From contig JACROH010000001.1 in the NCBI GenBank assembly GCA_016214545.1, forward strand, positions 189,750 through 253,749: DNA of 64,000 nucleotides, given 5' to 3'. Shown piece by piece: positions 43,862-52,107 of the stretch. Origin of the DNA: Candidatus Lloydbacteria bacterium (lineage in GTDB: Bacteria; Patescibacteriota; Minisyncoccia; Phycocordibacterales; 21-14-all-47-15). Under the pieces are notes generated by a model that had not been told where the DNA came from, ran no database searches, and saw only the letters and a program-made list of their open reading frames with translations. Position 1 is the first letter of the stretch. Each line of letters starts with the position of its first letter. The position numbers were made by a program, and so were the translations under genes.

Positions 43862-43933
43862 CTCCGCGGGTAGGATTCGAACCTACGACCAACCGGTTAA
43901 CAGCCGGACGCTCTACCACTGAGCTACCGCGGA
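43862..43933 (-). tRNA. tRNA-Asn (anticodon GTT), 72 nt, no encoded CCA
   Basis: Hand-folded cloverleaf: TCCGCGG / GCTC-AGTGGTA-GAGC / TCCGG-CTGTTAA-CCGGT / TGGTC / GTAGG-TTCGAAT-CCTAC / CCGCGGA-G. Confidence 0.92.
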
Positions 43934-44172
43934 ATGCATATGTTCTTTTTAATGTACTTTCTACCAACCGCGCTCTTCAAGTATTTTTCTCGCTTTCTAG
44001 CTTCTGCCAGTAGTGAGTATTCTTCCGAATGGATAATTATCCACGGAAGAAATTTACTCGTATAGTTATGTTTACCAGAATTGTGCTCTTTTAGCCTACG
44101 TTCTAAATCGGTTGTACTTCCAACATATGTTTTTGGAAATTTTTCACTTTTTAAAATATAGACATAAGCCAT
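43924..44172 (-). CDS. Small stand-alone GIY-YIG domain protein (82 aa)
   Basis: YVYILKS...TYVGSTTDLERRLKEHN...EARKREKYLK. The stop codon TAG is tRNA-Asn nt 8-10. ATG 44172 is preferred over the 121-aa track ORF. Confidence 0.75.
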   Translation of the reverse strand: MAYVYILKSEKFPKTYVGSTTDLERRLKEHNSGKHNYTSKFLPWIIIHSEEYSLLAEARKREKYLKSAVGRKYIKKNICIPR

Positions 44173-44173
44173 A

Positions 44174-44233
44174 ACCACTGAGCTACCCGCTTCGCGTCGA
44201 CGAGAAGCGCGAGTCGAGGCGGGCCGCGGAATG
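44174..44233 (-). repeat. Second, interrupted copy of the tRNA-Asn 5' region
   Basis: CATTCCGCGG + 38-nt GC-rich insert + TAGCTCAGTGGT. The uninterrupted 22-mer is at 43915-43936. Confidence 0.85.
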
Positions 44234-44260
44234 TTTTGTTCTATAAAAGAACGTGAGTGC

Positions 44261-44289
44261 ATAGTATCAAAAATAGCCGTGTCGGGCAA
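44261..44289 (-). promoter_or_regulatory. Candidate promoter for the GIY-YIG/tRNA-Asn unit
   Basis: Minus strand TTGCCC, 17-nt spacer, TACTAT. Confidence 0.4.
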
Positions 44290-44310
44290 GAATACGCTAT
44301 ACTTTAAAAT

Positions 44311-44535
44311 ATGTATATCAGAGTGAATGCCGTTGCCGGCGCAAAAAAGGAATCGGTGAAAGAGATAGGAGAGAATCGCCTGGAAATTTCCGTTCGCGAA
44401 CCGGCAGAGAGAAACATGGCCAATAAGCGTATTGCCCTACTTGTGGCAGCGCATTACGGGGTAGCGCCAAAAGCCGCGCGTCTTATCAATGGACACCGCT
44501 CGCCGCACAAGCTTTTTTCTATCCACGGGAAATAA
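44311..44535 (+). CDS. DUF167 / YggU-family protein
   Basis: IRVNAVAGAKKESV...LEISVREPAERNMANKRIALLVA pattern. Confidence 0.7.
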   Translation: MYIRVNAVAGAKKESVKEIGENRLEISVREPAERNMANKRIALLVAAHYGVAPKAARLINGHRSPHKLFSIHGK

Positions 44536-44572
44536 CTTTGCCCGCAAAAAGCGCTTAAGGTATAATGAAAAT

Positions 44573-44941
44573 ATGCGCACCTCAATAAAAACAACTCGTT
44601 TAATATTAACATCGGCCATTTCGGATTATATCGATAAAAAAATTACCGATATTGAAAAATTTGTCGACAAAGAAGACCAAAGTGCCGCGGTGCATGTTGA
44701 AATTGAAAAGACGACGGCGCATCATCACGCTGGCGATATTTTCCGCGCAGAAATAAATTTGCACATCGCCGGAAAAGACTTTCGTGCCGAAGCAACCAAA
44801 GAAGATTTATACGCGGCGCTCGATGAAATAAAAGATGAAATCATACGGGAATTGTCTTCACACAAAACCAAGAAGCAAACGCTTATCAAAAAGGGCGGAA
44901 GATTAATAAAGAGCCGCTTGCGCGGGCTTTCGCAGGAGTGA
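44573..44941 (+). CDS. hpf: Ribosome hibernation promoting factor (short HPF/RaiA)
   Basis: LTSAISDYIDKKI...VHVEIEKT...FRAEINLHIAGKDFRAEATKEDLYAALDEIKDEI. ATG 44573 is preferred. Confidence 0.85.
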   Translation: MRTSIKTTRLILTSAISDYIDKKITDIEKFVDKEDQSAAVHVEIEKTTAHHHAGDIFRAEINLHIAGKDFRAEATKEDLYAALDEIKDEIIRELSSHKTKKQTLIKKGGRLIKSRLRGLSQE

Positions 44942-44981
44942 TATACTGCTTTATTGCTCTCATCAAATTACACATAATGTT

Positions 44982-45608
44982 ATGGAGAAAAAAAATGGGA
45001 TTCATTGGGGAGTATTTTTACTGGCGGTGGTCGTATTAATTGCGGTGTTCTTTCTTGGTTATATTTTTAAAAACGTGTCAACCGAAGGCGAAAAAAATGT
45101 CGGCAAAGAGCTGGCATCAAAAACAACCATTTCAAACGGGGTGATTATCAAGACCAATTTTGGCAATATCGAATTGTCTTTTTTCCCAGATAAAGCACCG
45201 GTTACGGTTGGTAATTTTATAAAACTTTCCGAAGCGGGTTTTTATAACGGCACGCTCTTTCACCGTGTCATTAAAGATTTTATGATTCAGGGAGGCGACC
45301 CGCTCAGCAAGCAAAGCAATTGGGCGTTGCACGGCACCGGTGGTCCCGGCTATACATTCCAAGATGAAATCAATGATGAAAAATTAGTTCGCGGCGTTAT
45401 TGCGATGGCGAACGCGGGGCCAAATACGAACGGCAGCCAATTTTTTATCGTTACGGCCGAAGAGACGCCCTGGCTTGACGGAAAGCATACGGTTTTCGGG
45501 CGGGTTGTAAGCGGTATGGATGTTGTCGATAAAATCAGTTCGGTGGAGGTCAATGAGCAAAACCACCCGCTCCAGGATGTGGTTATCGAGCAAATCGTGC
45601 TTAAATAA
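44982..45608 (+). CDS. Cyclophilin-type peptidyl-prolyl isomerase with N-terminal membrane anchor
   Basis: FHRVIKDFMIQGGDP, MANAGPNTNGSQFFI. Confidence 0.9.
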   Translation: MEKKNGIHWGVFLLAVVVLIAVFFLGYIFKNVSTEGEKNVGKELASKTTISNGVIIKTNFGNIELSFFPDKAPVTVGNFIKLSEAGFYNGTLFHRVIKDFMIQGGDPLSKQSNWALHGTGGPGYTFQDEINDEKLVRGVIAMANAGPNTNGSQFFIVTAEETPWLDGKHTVFGRVVSGMDVVDKISSVEVNEQNHPLQDVVIEQIVLK

Positions 45609-46479
45609 GCATTCGTTGGAATGTATCCCAATCCATGACAGTCTTGCCCTCCGGCAGGACTTTTTTGATAACAAATACGCCTTCTTCCAAAGCCGCTTCT
45701 TTTACGATAACGCGCAGATTTTTGTCGTCTTTTTTTATAAAAAAGTATACTGTCGGCCATCCGTCATAGGCGCAAAATTTACGAAAGAGCATTTCGGGAT
45801 TTTCTTTCATTTCTTTTAAATCAAAAAACCCATCCTCTTTTTTAATTTTTTTAGTATAGGTTGCGGCGGCGTGGTTTTGTTCCTGAGGTTTCGTAGCCCC
45901 CTCAATGTGTTGAGGAATTATTTTGGCAAGTAATTGGCCGCCAAGATGCGCAAGTTTCTCTTCAAGAGCTGCGCGTCGTATCGGTAACGGCTCATCTAAA
46001 ATCTCTTGTGCAATGATGGGACCGTGGTCAAGCTCTTCGTCCATAAGCATGATGGTAGTGCCGGTTTTGTTTGCGGCAAGGATGGCCGATTGGATGGGGG
46101 AGGCGCCGCGAAACATCGGCAGAAGCGACGGATGGACATTGAGTGCTCCGTGGCGCGGAAGCGCGAGAATCGATTTCGGAATAATTTTGCCGTACGCAGC
46201 GACGACAAATAGACTGTAGCTTGTAGATTCTAGATTGCGGATAAATTGAGAATCCAGTTTCTCGGGCTGAAGGATGGGAATGTTATTTTTCTCTCCCCAT
46301 ATTTTTGCCGGCGGAGGAGTGAGCAAGAGTTTTCGTCCTTGCGGTTTGTCCGGCGCGGTTATGATAAGCGCAGGGATAAAACCCTGTCGCTTGAGTTCGT
46401 CTAGTACCTCCGTGGCAAACTCTGGCGTACCAAAAAAGACAAAGGAAAGAGACTGTTTTTTTGATGGGTGTGTGTTCAT
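45601..46479 (-). CDS. fmt: Methionyl-tRNA formyltransferase
   Basis: FFGTPEFA, NVHPSLLPMFRGASPIQ. Downstream of def. Confidence 0.9.
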   Translation of the reverse strand: MNTHPSKKQSLSFVFFGTPEFATEVLDELKRQGFIPALIITAPDKPQGRKLLLTPPPAKIWGEKNNIPILQPEKLDSQFIRNLESTSYSLFVVAAYGKIIPKSILALPRHGALNVHPSLLPMFRGASPIQSAILAANKTGTTIMLMDEELDHGPIIAQEILDEPLPIRRAALEEKLAHLGGQLLAKIIPQHIEGATKPQEQNHAAATYTKKIKKEDGFFDLKEMKENPEMLFRKFCAYDGWPTVYFFIKKDDKNLRVIVKEAALEEGVFVIKKVLPEGKTVMDWDTFQRMLI

Positions 46480-46485
46480 GAAGAT

Positions 46486-47061
46486 TCAAGCATCCGGTTT
46501 TAATTCCTCAATATTTTTCGCATGGTCGATGAAAAGAATCCCATTTAAATGGTCGATTTCATGCTGAAACACCTGGGCCAAGAGTCCGCTCGCGCCGGTT
46601 TCAAAAGAATGAGCGTGTTCATCGTAGGCACGGACACGAGCCTGTTTGGAGCGGTGAGTGTCTCCATATTGCCATCGTACCGACAGACATCCTTCCGGAG
46701 TCCACGCCCTCTGCTTTGAGAGCTTGATAATTTTCGGATTGATAAACACCATGTCTTTTTTGCGGCATTTTTTTTCAAACTCCAGTTTTTCTTTTTTGGT
46801 GAGGACGGGCTCCGGCGTGTCTTTTGAAACGTTGCCCGGTTCTTTTTTGATATAAAAAATTTTGCCCGATACGACAAAAATACGGAGCGGCACGCCGATT
46901 TGAGGAGCGGCGATCGCAATACCGTCATCGCATGTGTAGAGAGCGTCTTTCATGTCGGCGATGACTTTTTTTATTTTTGCGCTTGTGATATCGGACGGGG
47001 CGATCTCGCGCGCTATTTCACGAAGCACCGCTTCATCTTTTTGAACAATTTTTATCGGCAT
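46486..47061 (-). CDS. def: Peptide deformylase (with ~30-aa internal insertion)
   Basis: GIAIAAPQIG, EGCLSV, QHEIDHLNG. ATG 47061 is preferred. Confidence 0.9.
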   Translation of the reverse strand: MPIKIVQKDEAVLREIAREIAPSDITSAKIKKVIADMKDALYTCDDGIAIAAPQIGVPLRIFVVSGKIFYIKKEPGNVSKDTPEPVLTKKEKLEFEKKCRKKDMVFINPKIIKLSKQRAWTPEGCLSVRWQYGDTHRSKQARVRAYDEHAHSFETGASGLLAQVFQHEIDHLNGILFIDHAKNIEELKPDA

Positions 47062-47231
47062 ACGTAATTCAAAGCATAGCATTCTTTGTGCCTGATTTCC
47101 AAGAATATTTTTTCTTTTGTGCGACGGCGCGGGCGCTTTTCAGGAAGCCGGGCGTTTTACAAAGTACTGTAAATTTGCCACTATTGTCAGTGAATGTTTT
47201 TTCGTTGAAAAATCAAAAAAAGAAAGGGCTG

Positions 47232-47690
47232 ATGTCGATGAAGATTCCGATTGAATTAATTGGAGGAGCCGGATTTTTTCCCGCGAGAAGCAACATGGTC
47301 ACTTCAAAACCGGAGTCCCCCGTGTCTTCGTATGAAGAAGAACTCAATATTCTCGGCATAGAAGGGAAGAATCCTCTTGATTTGCTGAATGTAGTCCTTG
47401 CGATTGAATTGCAGTGGATTCTCAACGCATCTATCAAGTGGAAAAAAATCGATTTTGCGGCCAAGAGAAAATTTTTGGCGACGTATCAAGGCGTTGAACT
47501 CCTTATGTCTGTTGATGTTGATAATGGCGGCTCGTGCGGCACATGCACCGCGGCGATTAAAATTGGAAGAATCGTCAGAGGTGTTTCAAAGGTATCAAAT
47601 GTTGTTTTGCTCGTACGAGAAATATCGGTCAGAGATAGGCTAGTCTTTCGAAAGAATTGTCATTATATGTACAGACCTCACAATAACTAA
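47232..47690 (+). CDS. Hypothetical protein (152 aa)
   Basis: AGAAAGGG RBS before ATG 47232. No recognisable motif. Terminator overlaps the stop codon. Confidence 0.45.
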   Translation: MSMKIPIELIGGAGFFPARSNMVTSKPESPVSSYEEELNILGIEGKNPLDLLNVVLAIELQWILNASIKWKKIDFAAKRKFLATYQGVELLMSVDVDNGGSCGTCTAAIKIGRIVRGVSKVSNVVLLVREISVRDRLVFRKNCHYMYRPHNN

Positions 47691-47713
47691 TTTATTATTG
47701 CGGGGTCTTTTTT
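47674..47713 (+). terminator. Intrinsic terminator
   Basis: GACCTCACAATAA / TTATTGCGGGGTC stem (one mismatch) followed by TTTTTT. Confidence 0.7.
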
Positions 47714-47737
47714 ATACATCTACTCGTCTTCTATTTC

Positions 47738-49648
47738 TTAGAGCAAGTGCTCCGGGTCGACATTGATGGCAAACGACGGCGGCAAAGAAGCGAGCATTTC
47801 GGAAAGCTTTTTGTCGGGCCATGATTTCGGCGGCATTTTAATAACGGCATGCATCGTGTATGCGCCTCGCATGTGCGGCATAAAAGCGGGGAATATCATG
47901 GGACGATAGGCGCTTAAAAATTTTTCAATATGGAGCATCGCCTGTTCGGTGTCGGGTTGTTTTCCGGAATAAGAAATTTTGATAAAAAAAGCAAACGGGG
48001 GGTATCCGAATTTTTTTCGTTCAGCAATCTCATTTTGATAAAACGACAGCAGGTCGCCTTTTGCGCCCTGGACCCAAATCGGGCTGTCGGCGCGCCGTGT
48101 CTGTATAAAAAAAGTTTGAGTGGCTTTTGCGCGAAGACGTAAAAGCAGGCGGAAAATTTTTTCATTGACACGGAAATCCGGTACGGAAAATAGCGCGTCG
48201 GCGGATACGATGGCGACATGCTCTATCGGTTCTCTCAAATAGGAAAGCGCCATTTCGGTTCCGACGAGCACGCCCCCGGGCGTGCGGTAAAAACGCTCGG
48301 CGGTGAGCAATGCCTTTGCTTTGGTTACCGTGTCGGTGTCGATGCGGAATAAATTTTGATGCGGAATTTGTTTTGCAAGAGCCGAGACAACGCTTTCCAC
48401 GCCGATGCCAAGGGGGGTCATTCGCCAGCTAAAGCAGGCGGCGCATTGGTCGGCCGCTGTTTCTTCGTGCCCGCATTTATGACAAAGATGAATGCGGACG
48501 GTGTTTTTGGTATGAAGCACAAGCGGAAGATTGCATACGGGGCAGGAGACCGTTTTCCCGCAATCGGAGCAAACGGTTGAGGTATGGAGCCCGCGTCTTG
48601 CCGCGAATAAAAAAATTTTTCCGTTTTGTTCAATCGCGTGTTCGATGTGGGTTCTAAGCGCTTCACTGATGACGGAAAAAGGAATATTTTTTTCGCGCGG
48701 CGAAAGATCCACGAGGCGGTATTTTACGGGGGAAAGGGCCCGAAATTGAAGGGAGGAGAGGGGTGTGTAGTCGCCGGTTGTCTGCTTCCAAATTGTTTCC
48801 GGGCGCAAGAAAAGGTCGCCGAAAATGAGCTTTGCATTTTGCCGTCGTGCGAATTGTTCCGCAAACGTTCGGGTATCTACGAAAGGCCGAAAAACCGTCT
48901 TATAATTTCCGCTCCCTTCTCTGTCTACGATAATTGTTTTTATGTCGGCCCGTGGAATGCTAAAAAACATGCCGGTGCCGATGAGAAGCACGGGATGGTG
49001 TTTCGACAGTATGGTTTTCCACGTATCAAGAAGCGTTCGGGTCGGGATATCGCCGTGCAAAGCGAAGGTGTATTCACTGATTCCTTTTTCAAGATGTTCT
49101 TTAACATACACCAAATGTTCTTTGTCCGGCACGCAGAAAAAAACCGATTCTTGGCGCGCAAAACTTTCGCGCACGATGCTTTTATATGCGGCGAGACGCT
49201 CTTTGTCGTCCGATTGGATTACATAGGTTTCTTCGAGCGTGCCTCGAGCCGTCTCTTTTTTGCCTTTTAGTGCGTGCTGGCGTGGCAGAGCGGCGGCGTG
49301 CTGCAATATTTTTTCCGGAATGAGGGCTTTGAGCGCGGCGCCGGTTGAAGCGCCGGCGTAGGTTGCCGTGTCTTTTGCGGCCAAGAGAAACGAAGGTAAA
49401 AATAATTGTACGTTTTTTATGGCGAGGATTTTTTTTAAATGAAACGGCGCGGTCCGCAATTGGGATTTCATTGACAGCGCCTCTTCGCAAGACAAAACCA
49501 CGGCGTCTTTTTTTTGGGAGCGCAGCGGAATGGAAACGAGCGTGCCCGGCTCTATTTTTTTTCCGGTGAAATAAGAGAGCGCTTCGGGAGCGACCCCGCG
49601 GCTTATGGGAATGACATGCGCAACATACATATACGATAAGTATATCAT
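47738..49648 (-). CDS. priA: PriA-like primosomal protein N' with degenerate Walker A/B motifs
   Basis: Cys-rich zinc region CSDCGKTVSCPVCNLPLVLH...CHKCGHEE...CAAC and C-terminal GYPPF. Start is 49648 or 49630. Confidence 0.8.
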   Translation of the reverse strand: MIYLSYMYVAHVIPISRGVAPEALSYFTGKKIEPGTLVSIPLRSQKKDAVVLSCEEALSMKSQLRTAPFHLKKILAIKNVQLFLPSFLLAAKDTATYAGASTGAALKALIPEKILQHAAALPRQHALKGKKETARGTLEETYVIQSDDKERLAAYKSIVRESFARQESVFFCVPDKEHLVYVKEHLEKGISEYTFALHGDIPTRTLLDTWKTILSKHHPVLLIGTGMFFSIPRADIKTIIVDREGSGNYKTVFRPFVDTRTFAEQFARRQNAKLIFGDLFLRPETIWKQTTGDYTPLSSLQFRALSPVKYRLVDLSPREKNIPFSVISEALRTHIEHAIEQNGKIFLFAARRGLHTSTVCSDCGKTVSCPVCNLPLVLHTKNTVRIHLCHKCGHEETAADQCAACFSWRMTPLGIGVESVVSALAKQIPHQNLFRIDTDTVTKAKALLTAERFYRTPGGVLVGTEMALSYLREPIEHVAIVSADALFSVPDFRVNEKIFRLLLRLRAKATQTFFIQTRRADSPIWVQGAKGDLLSFYQNEIAERKKFGYPPFAFFIKISYSGKQPDTEQAMLHIEKFLSAYRPMIFPAFMPHMRGAYTMHAVIKMPPKSWPDKKLSEMLASLPPSFAINVDPEHLL

Positions 49649-49757
49649 TGACCAAGCGTCTTATTTTTACAAAAATCTTTTCTCGATAAAAAGGTAATGC
49701 CCCAGTGTCTCTGTCAAATTTTGCGTTTGATATTAAAAAAGTTACAATAAACCCGCA

Positions 49758-51053
49758 ATGAAAGACGCTTTTTCAATCAAAGGACTTGATGGAGCAAGGA
49801 AACTCTCCGGAACGATACCGGTAAACGGTTCAAAAAATGCGGCGTTGCCGGCTCTTGCTTTGCCGTTTCTTTTTTCCGATACCGTTATTCTTGAAAATGT
49901 ACCGGTCTTGGAAGACATCCACCGCGTCGAGGAATTGCTCGCGTCTCTGGGCGTCTCGTGTAAAAAACAAAAGCGCCGATATGAGCTTATGGCGCATGCG
50001 GCACGGCAGACGGTGCTTTCGCCCGATATTGCCAAACGGCTTCGTGCCTCAATTCTTTTTACCGGTCCGATATTGGCGCGCTTCGGAAGCGTTTCGTTTC
50101 CGCACCCGGGCGGATGTGTTATTGGCGAGCGTCCCATCGACCTCTTTTTGGAAGGGTTTAAAAAAATGGGGGCGAGGGTTGATGAAAAAAACGGAATGTA
50201 TCATCTTCGCGCTCCAAAAACCGGGCTGCGCGGCGCCGAGATTTTTTTTCGTACTCAAAGTGTAACTGCGGCAGAAACGTTTCTTATGGCGGCGGTGCTT
50301 GCGCACGGAAAAACAATTCTTCAAAATGTGCCGGTTGAACCCGAAATCGGAGCGCTCATTTCATTTTTGAATCGTTGCGGCGCGAGCATCTCTGGCGCGG
50401 AAACCCATCGGCTCGAAATTATTGGCGGGAAGCCGCTTCGGGCGCGCGGCGCCGCGTATACGATTATTCCGGACCGTATTGAAACCGGCAGCTTTCTTAT
50501 TCTCGCGGCTCTCGCGGGAAAAAAAATAACGATATCACACTGTGAACCGGAGCATGCGGGGGCGGTCATAGAGCACCTCCGGGCTTCCGGTGCCGACATT
50601 GCCGTTGGGAAAAACATGATCACGGTTACCGCACCGAAAGGAAAACGCTCCTCTTTTTATAAAAGCATTCCTTTGAAAACGCACGAATATCCGGGGTTTG
50701 CCACCGACCTGCAGGCGCCCATGACGGTCTTTTTGACTCAATCGGAAGGCGAGGCGCTTGTTTTTGAAACAATTTTTGAAGGGCGTTTGGGATATGTCCA
50801 CGAATTAATCCGCATGGGAGCCAAGATCCAAGACATGGGGCCGCATCGGGTGTATATTCAGGGCAGGGCGCCGCTTCGAGGAAGGAAATTGGAAAGCCCC
50901 GATTTGCGCGCCGGCTTGGCGTTTATCATTGCCGCACTCGTTGCGAAAGGAGATTCGGTCGTGCATAATGCCTATTCGATAGACCGCGGTTACGAACACA
51001 TAGAAAAGCGCCTGCAAAAAATCGGCGCATCGATTAAACGCATTTCCTCATGA
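49758..51053 (+). CDS. murA: UDP-N-acetylglucosamine 1-carboxyvinyltransferase
   Basis: GSKNAALP, PHPGGCVIGERPIDL (active-site Cys), DRGYE. Confidence 0.93.
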   Translation: MKDAFSIKGLDGARKLSGTIPVNGSKNAALPALALPFLFSDTVILENVPVLEDIHRVEELLASLGVSCKKQKRRYELMAHAARQTVLSPDIAKRLRASILFTGPILARFGSVSFPHPGGCVIGERPIDLFLEGFKKMGARVDEKNGMYHLRAPKTGLRGAEIFFRTQSVTAAETFLMAAVLAHGKTILQNVPVEPEIGALISFLNRCGASISGAETHRLEIIGGKPLRARGAAYTIIPDRIETGSFLILAALAGKKITISHCEPEHAGAVIEHLRASGADIAVGKNMITVTAPKGKRSSFYKSIPLKTHEYPGFATDLQAPMTVFLTQSEGEALVFETIFEGRLGYVHELIRMGAKIQDMGPHRVYIQGRAPLRGRKLESPDLRAGLAFIIAALVAKGDSVVHNAYSIDRGYEHIEKRLQKIGASIKRISS

Positions 51054-52063
51054 GTTTTTTTTCTCCAAAATTAGGCATTGATTTGGGAACAGCGAACACG
51101 CTTGTGTTCGTGCCGAAAAAAGGCGTTGTCTTAAACGAGCCGTCGGTTGTCGCCGTTTCAAAAGACAATGGCGAGATTCTTGCCGTCGGGCTTGAAGCAA
51201 AAAACATGATCGGCAAAACGCCCGACACGATTACGGCATATCGCCCGATGAAAGACGGAGTGATTGCGGACTACCACGTTACAAAAGTAATGCTTCGGTA
51301 CTACATAGGCAAAGCGCTTGGCCGATGGAATATTTTTAAACCGGAAGTGATGATATCCGTTCCTGCCGGCGTGACTTCGACCGAACGCCGCGCGGTTGTG
51401 GAGGCGGCGATAAAGGCCGGCGCTAAAAGCGCTTATGTGGTGAAGGAGCCGATTCTTGCGGCTATTGGAGCCGGAATCCCCATTCATGAGGCGTACGGGA
51501 ATATGGTGGTAGATATCGGCGGAGGGACCACGGATGTCGCCGTTATTTCCCTTGGGGGGATTGTGGCCTCAACATCGGTTAAGTGTGCGGGAAATAAAAT
51601 CGACAAAGCAATCGCCGATTATATCAAGCGCACGTTTAATCTTTCCATTGGCGACAAAACGGCTGAAGAAATTAAAATTAAAATCGGCTCGGCTATTCCG
51701 CTCGAAGAAGAGCTTGTGTGCGTGATTAAAGGAAGAGATTTGGTGTCAGGACTTCCTCGCTCGACAGAAATTACCACTAATGAAATAGTAAAAGCCATTG
51801 GCGGGGAATTGAAAGAAATGATAACGGCCATTAAGAATGTTTTGCAGGAAACTCCTCCCGAGCTTGGTGCCGATATCATCGATAAGGGAATCATTATGAC
51901 CGGCGGGTCTTCGCTTCTTCGCAATTTACAGGAGCTGGTATATCGCCGTACGGGCGTCAAAGCCGCGCTTGCGGAGGATGCGCTTTATTGTGTCGCCAAA
52001 GGTACCGGAGTTGCCCTAGGGCATTTGGATGTCTACAAAAAAAGCATTATCGCAAAACGATAA
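51050..52063 (+). CDS. mreB: Rod-shape/actin-like protein MreB
   Basis: LGIDLGTANTLV, VVDIGGGTTDVAV, IIMTGGSSLL. 4-nt overlap with murA. Confidence 0.93.
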   Translation: MSFFSPKLGIDLGTANTLVFVPKKGVVLNEPSVVAVSKDNGEILAVGLEAKNMIGKTPDTITAYRPMKDGVIADYHVTKVMLRYYIGKALGRWNIFKPEVMISVPAGVTSTERRAVVEAAIKAGAKSAYVVKEPILAAIGAGIPIHEAYGNMVVDIGGGTTDVAVISLGGIVASTSVKCAGNKIDKAIADYIKRTFNLSIGDKTAEEIKIKIGSAIPLEEELVCVIKGRDLVSGLPRSTEITTNEIVKAIGGELKEMITAIKNVLQETPPELGADIIDKGIIMTGGSSLLRNLQELVYRRTGVKAALAEDALYCVAKGTGVALGHLDVYKKSIIAKR

Positions 52064-52071
52064 ATTATTTA

Positions 52072-52100
52072 GTTACTTAGTGGTTCAACCACTAAGTAAC
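52072..52100 (+). repeat. Conserved hairpin GTTACTTAGTGG-TTCAA-CCACTAAGTAAC, copy 2 (after the mreB stop)
   Basis: 12-bp perfect stem. Core identical to 31246-31268. Confidence 0.8.
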
Positions 52101-52107
52101 ATTTACT

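Noticed and set aside
43461-43922. 153-aa plus-strand ORF spanning IR-R, the spacer and part of tRNA-Asn
   Set aside because: It reads through a repeat whose mirror copy gives the same peptide as the tail of another ORF. It then runs antisense across hairpins and a tRNA, with no RBS. It is an artefact of GC-rich repeat sequence.
44173-44289. N-terminal 39-aa extension of the GIY-YIG ORF (121-aa version in the ORF track)
   Set aside because: The extension is translated from the duplicated tRNA 5' fragment, the 38-nt palindromic insert and the promoter region. The GIY-YIG domain starts at MAYVYIL (ATG 44172).
49182-49655. 157-aa Arg-rich minus-strand ORF overlapping the 5' part of priA in another frame
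   Set aside because: It is an alternative frame of priA with extreme Arg content and no independent start signals.
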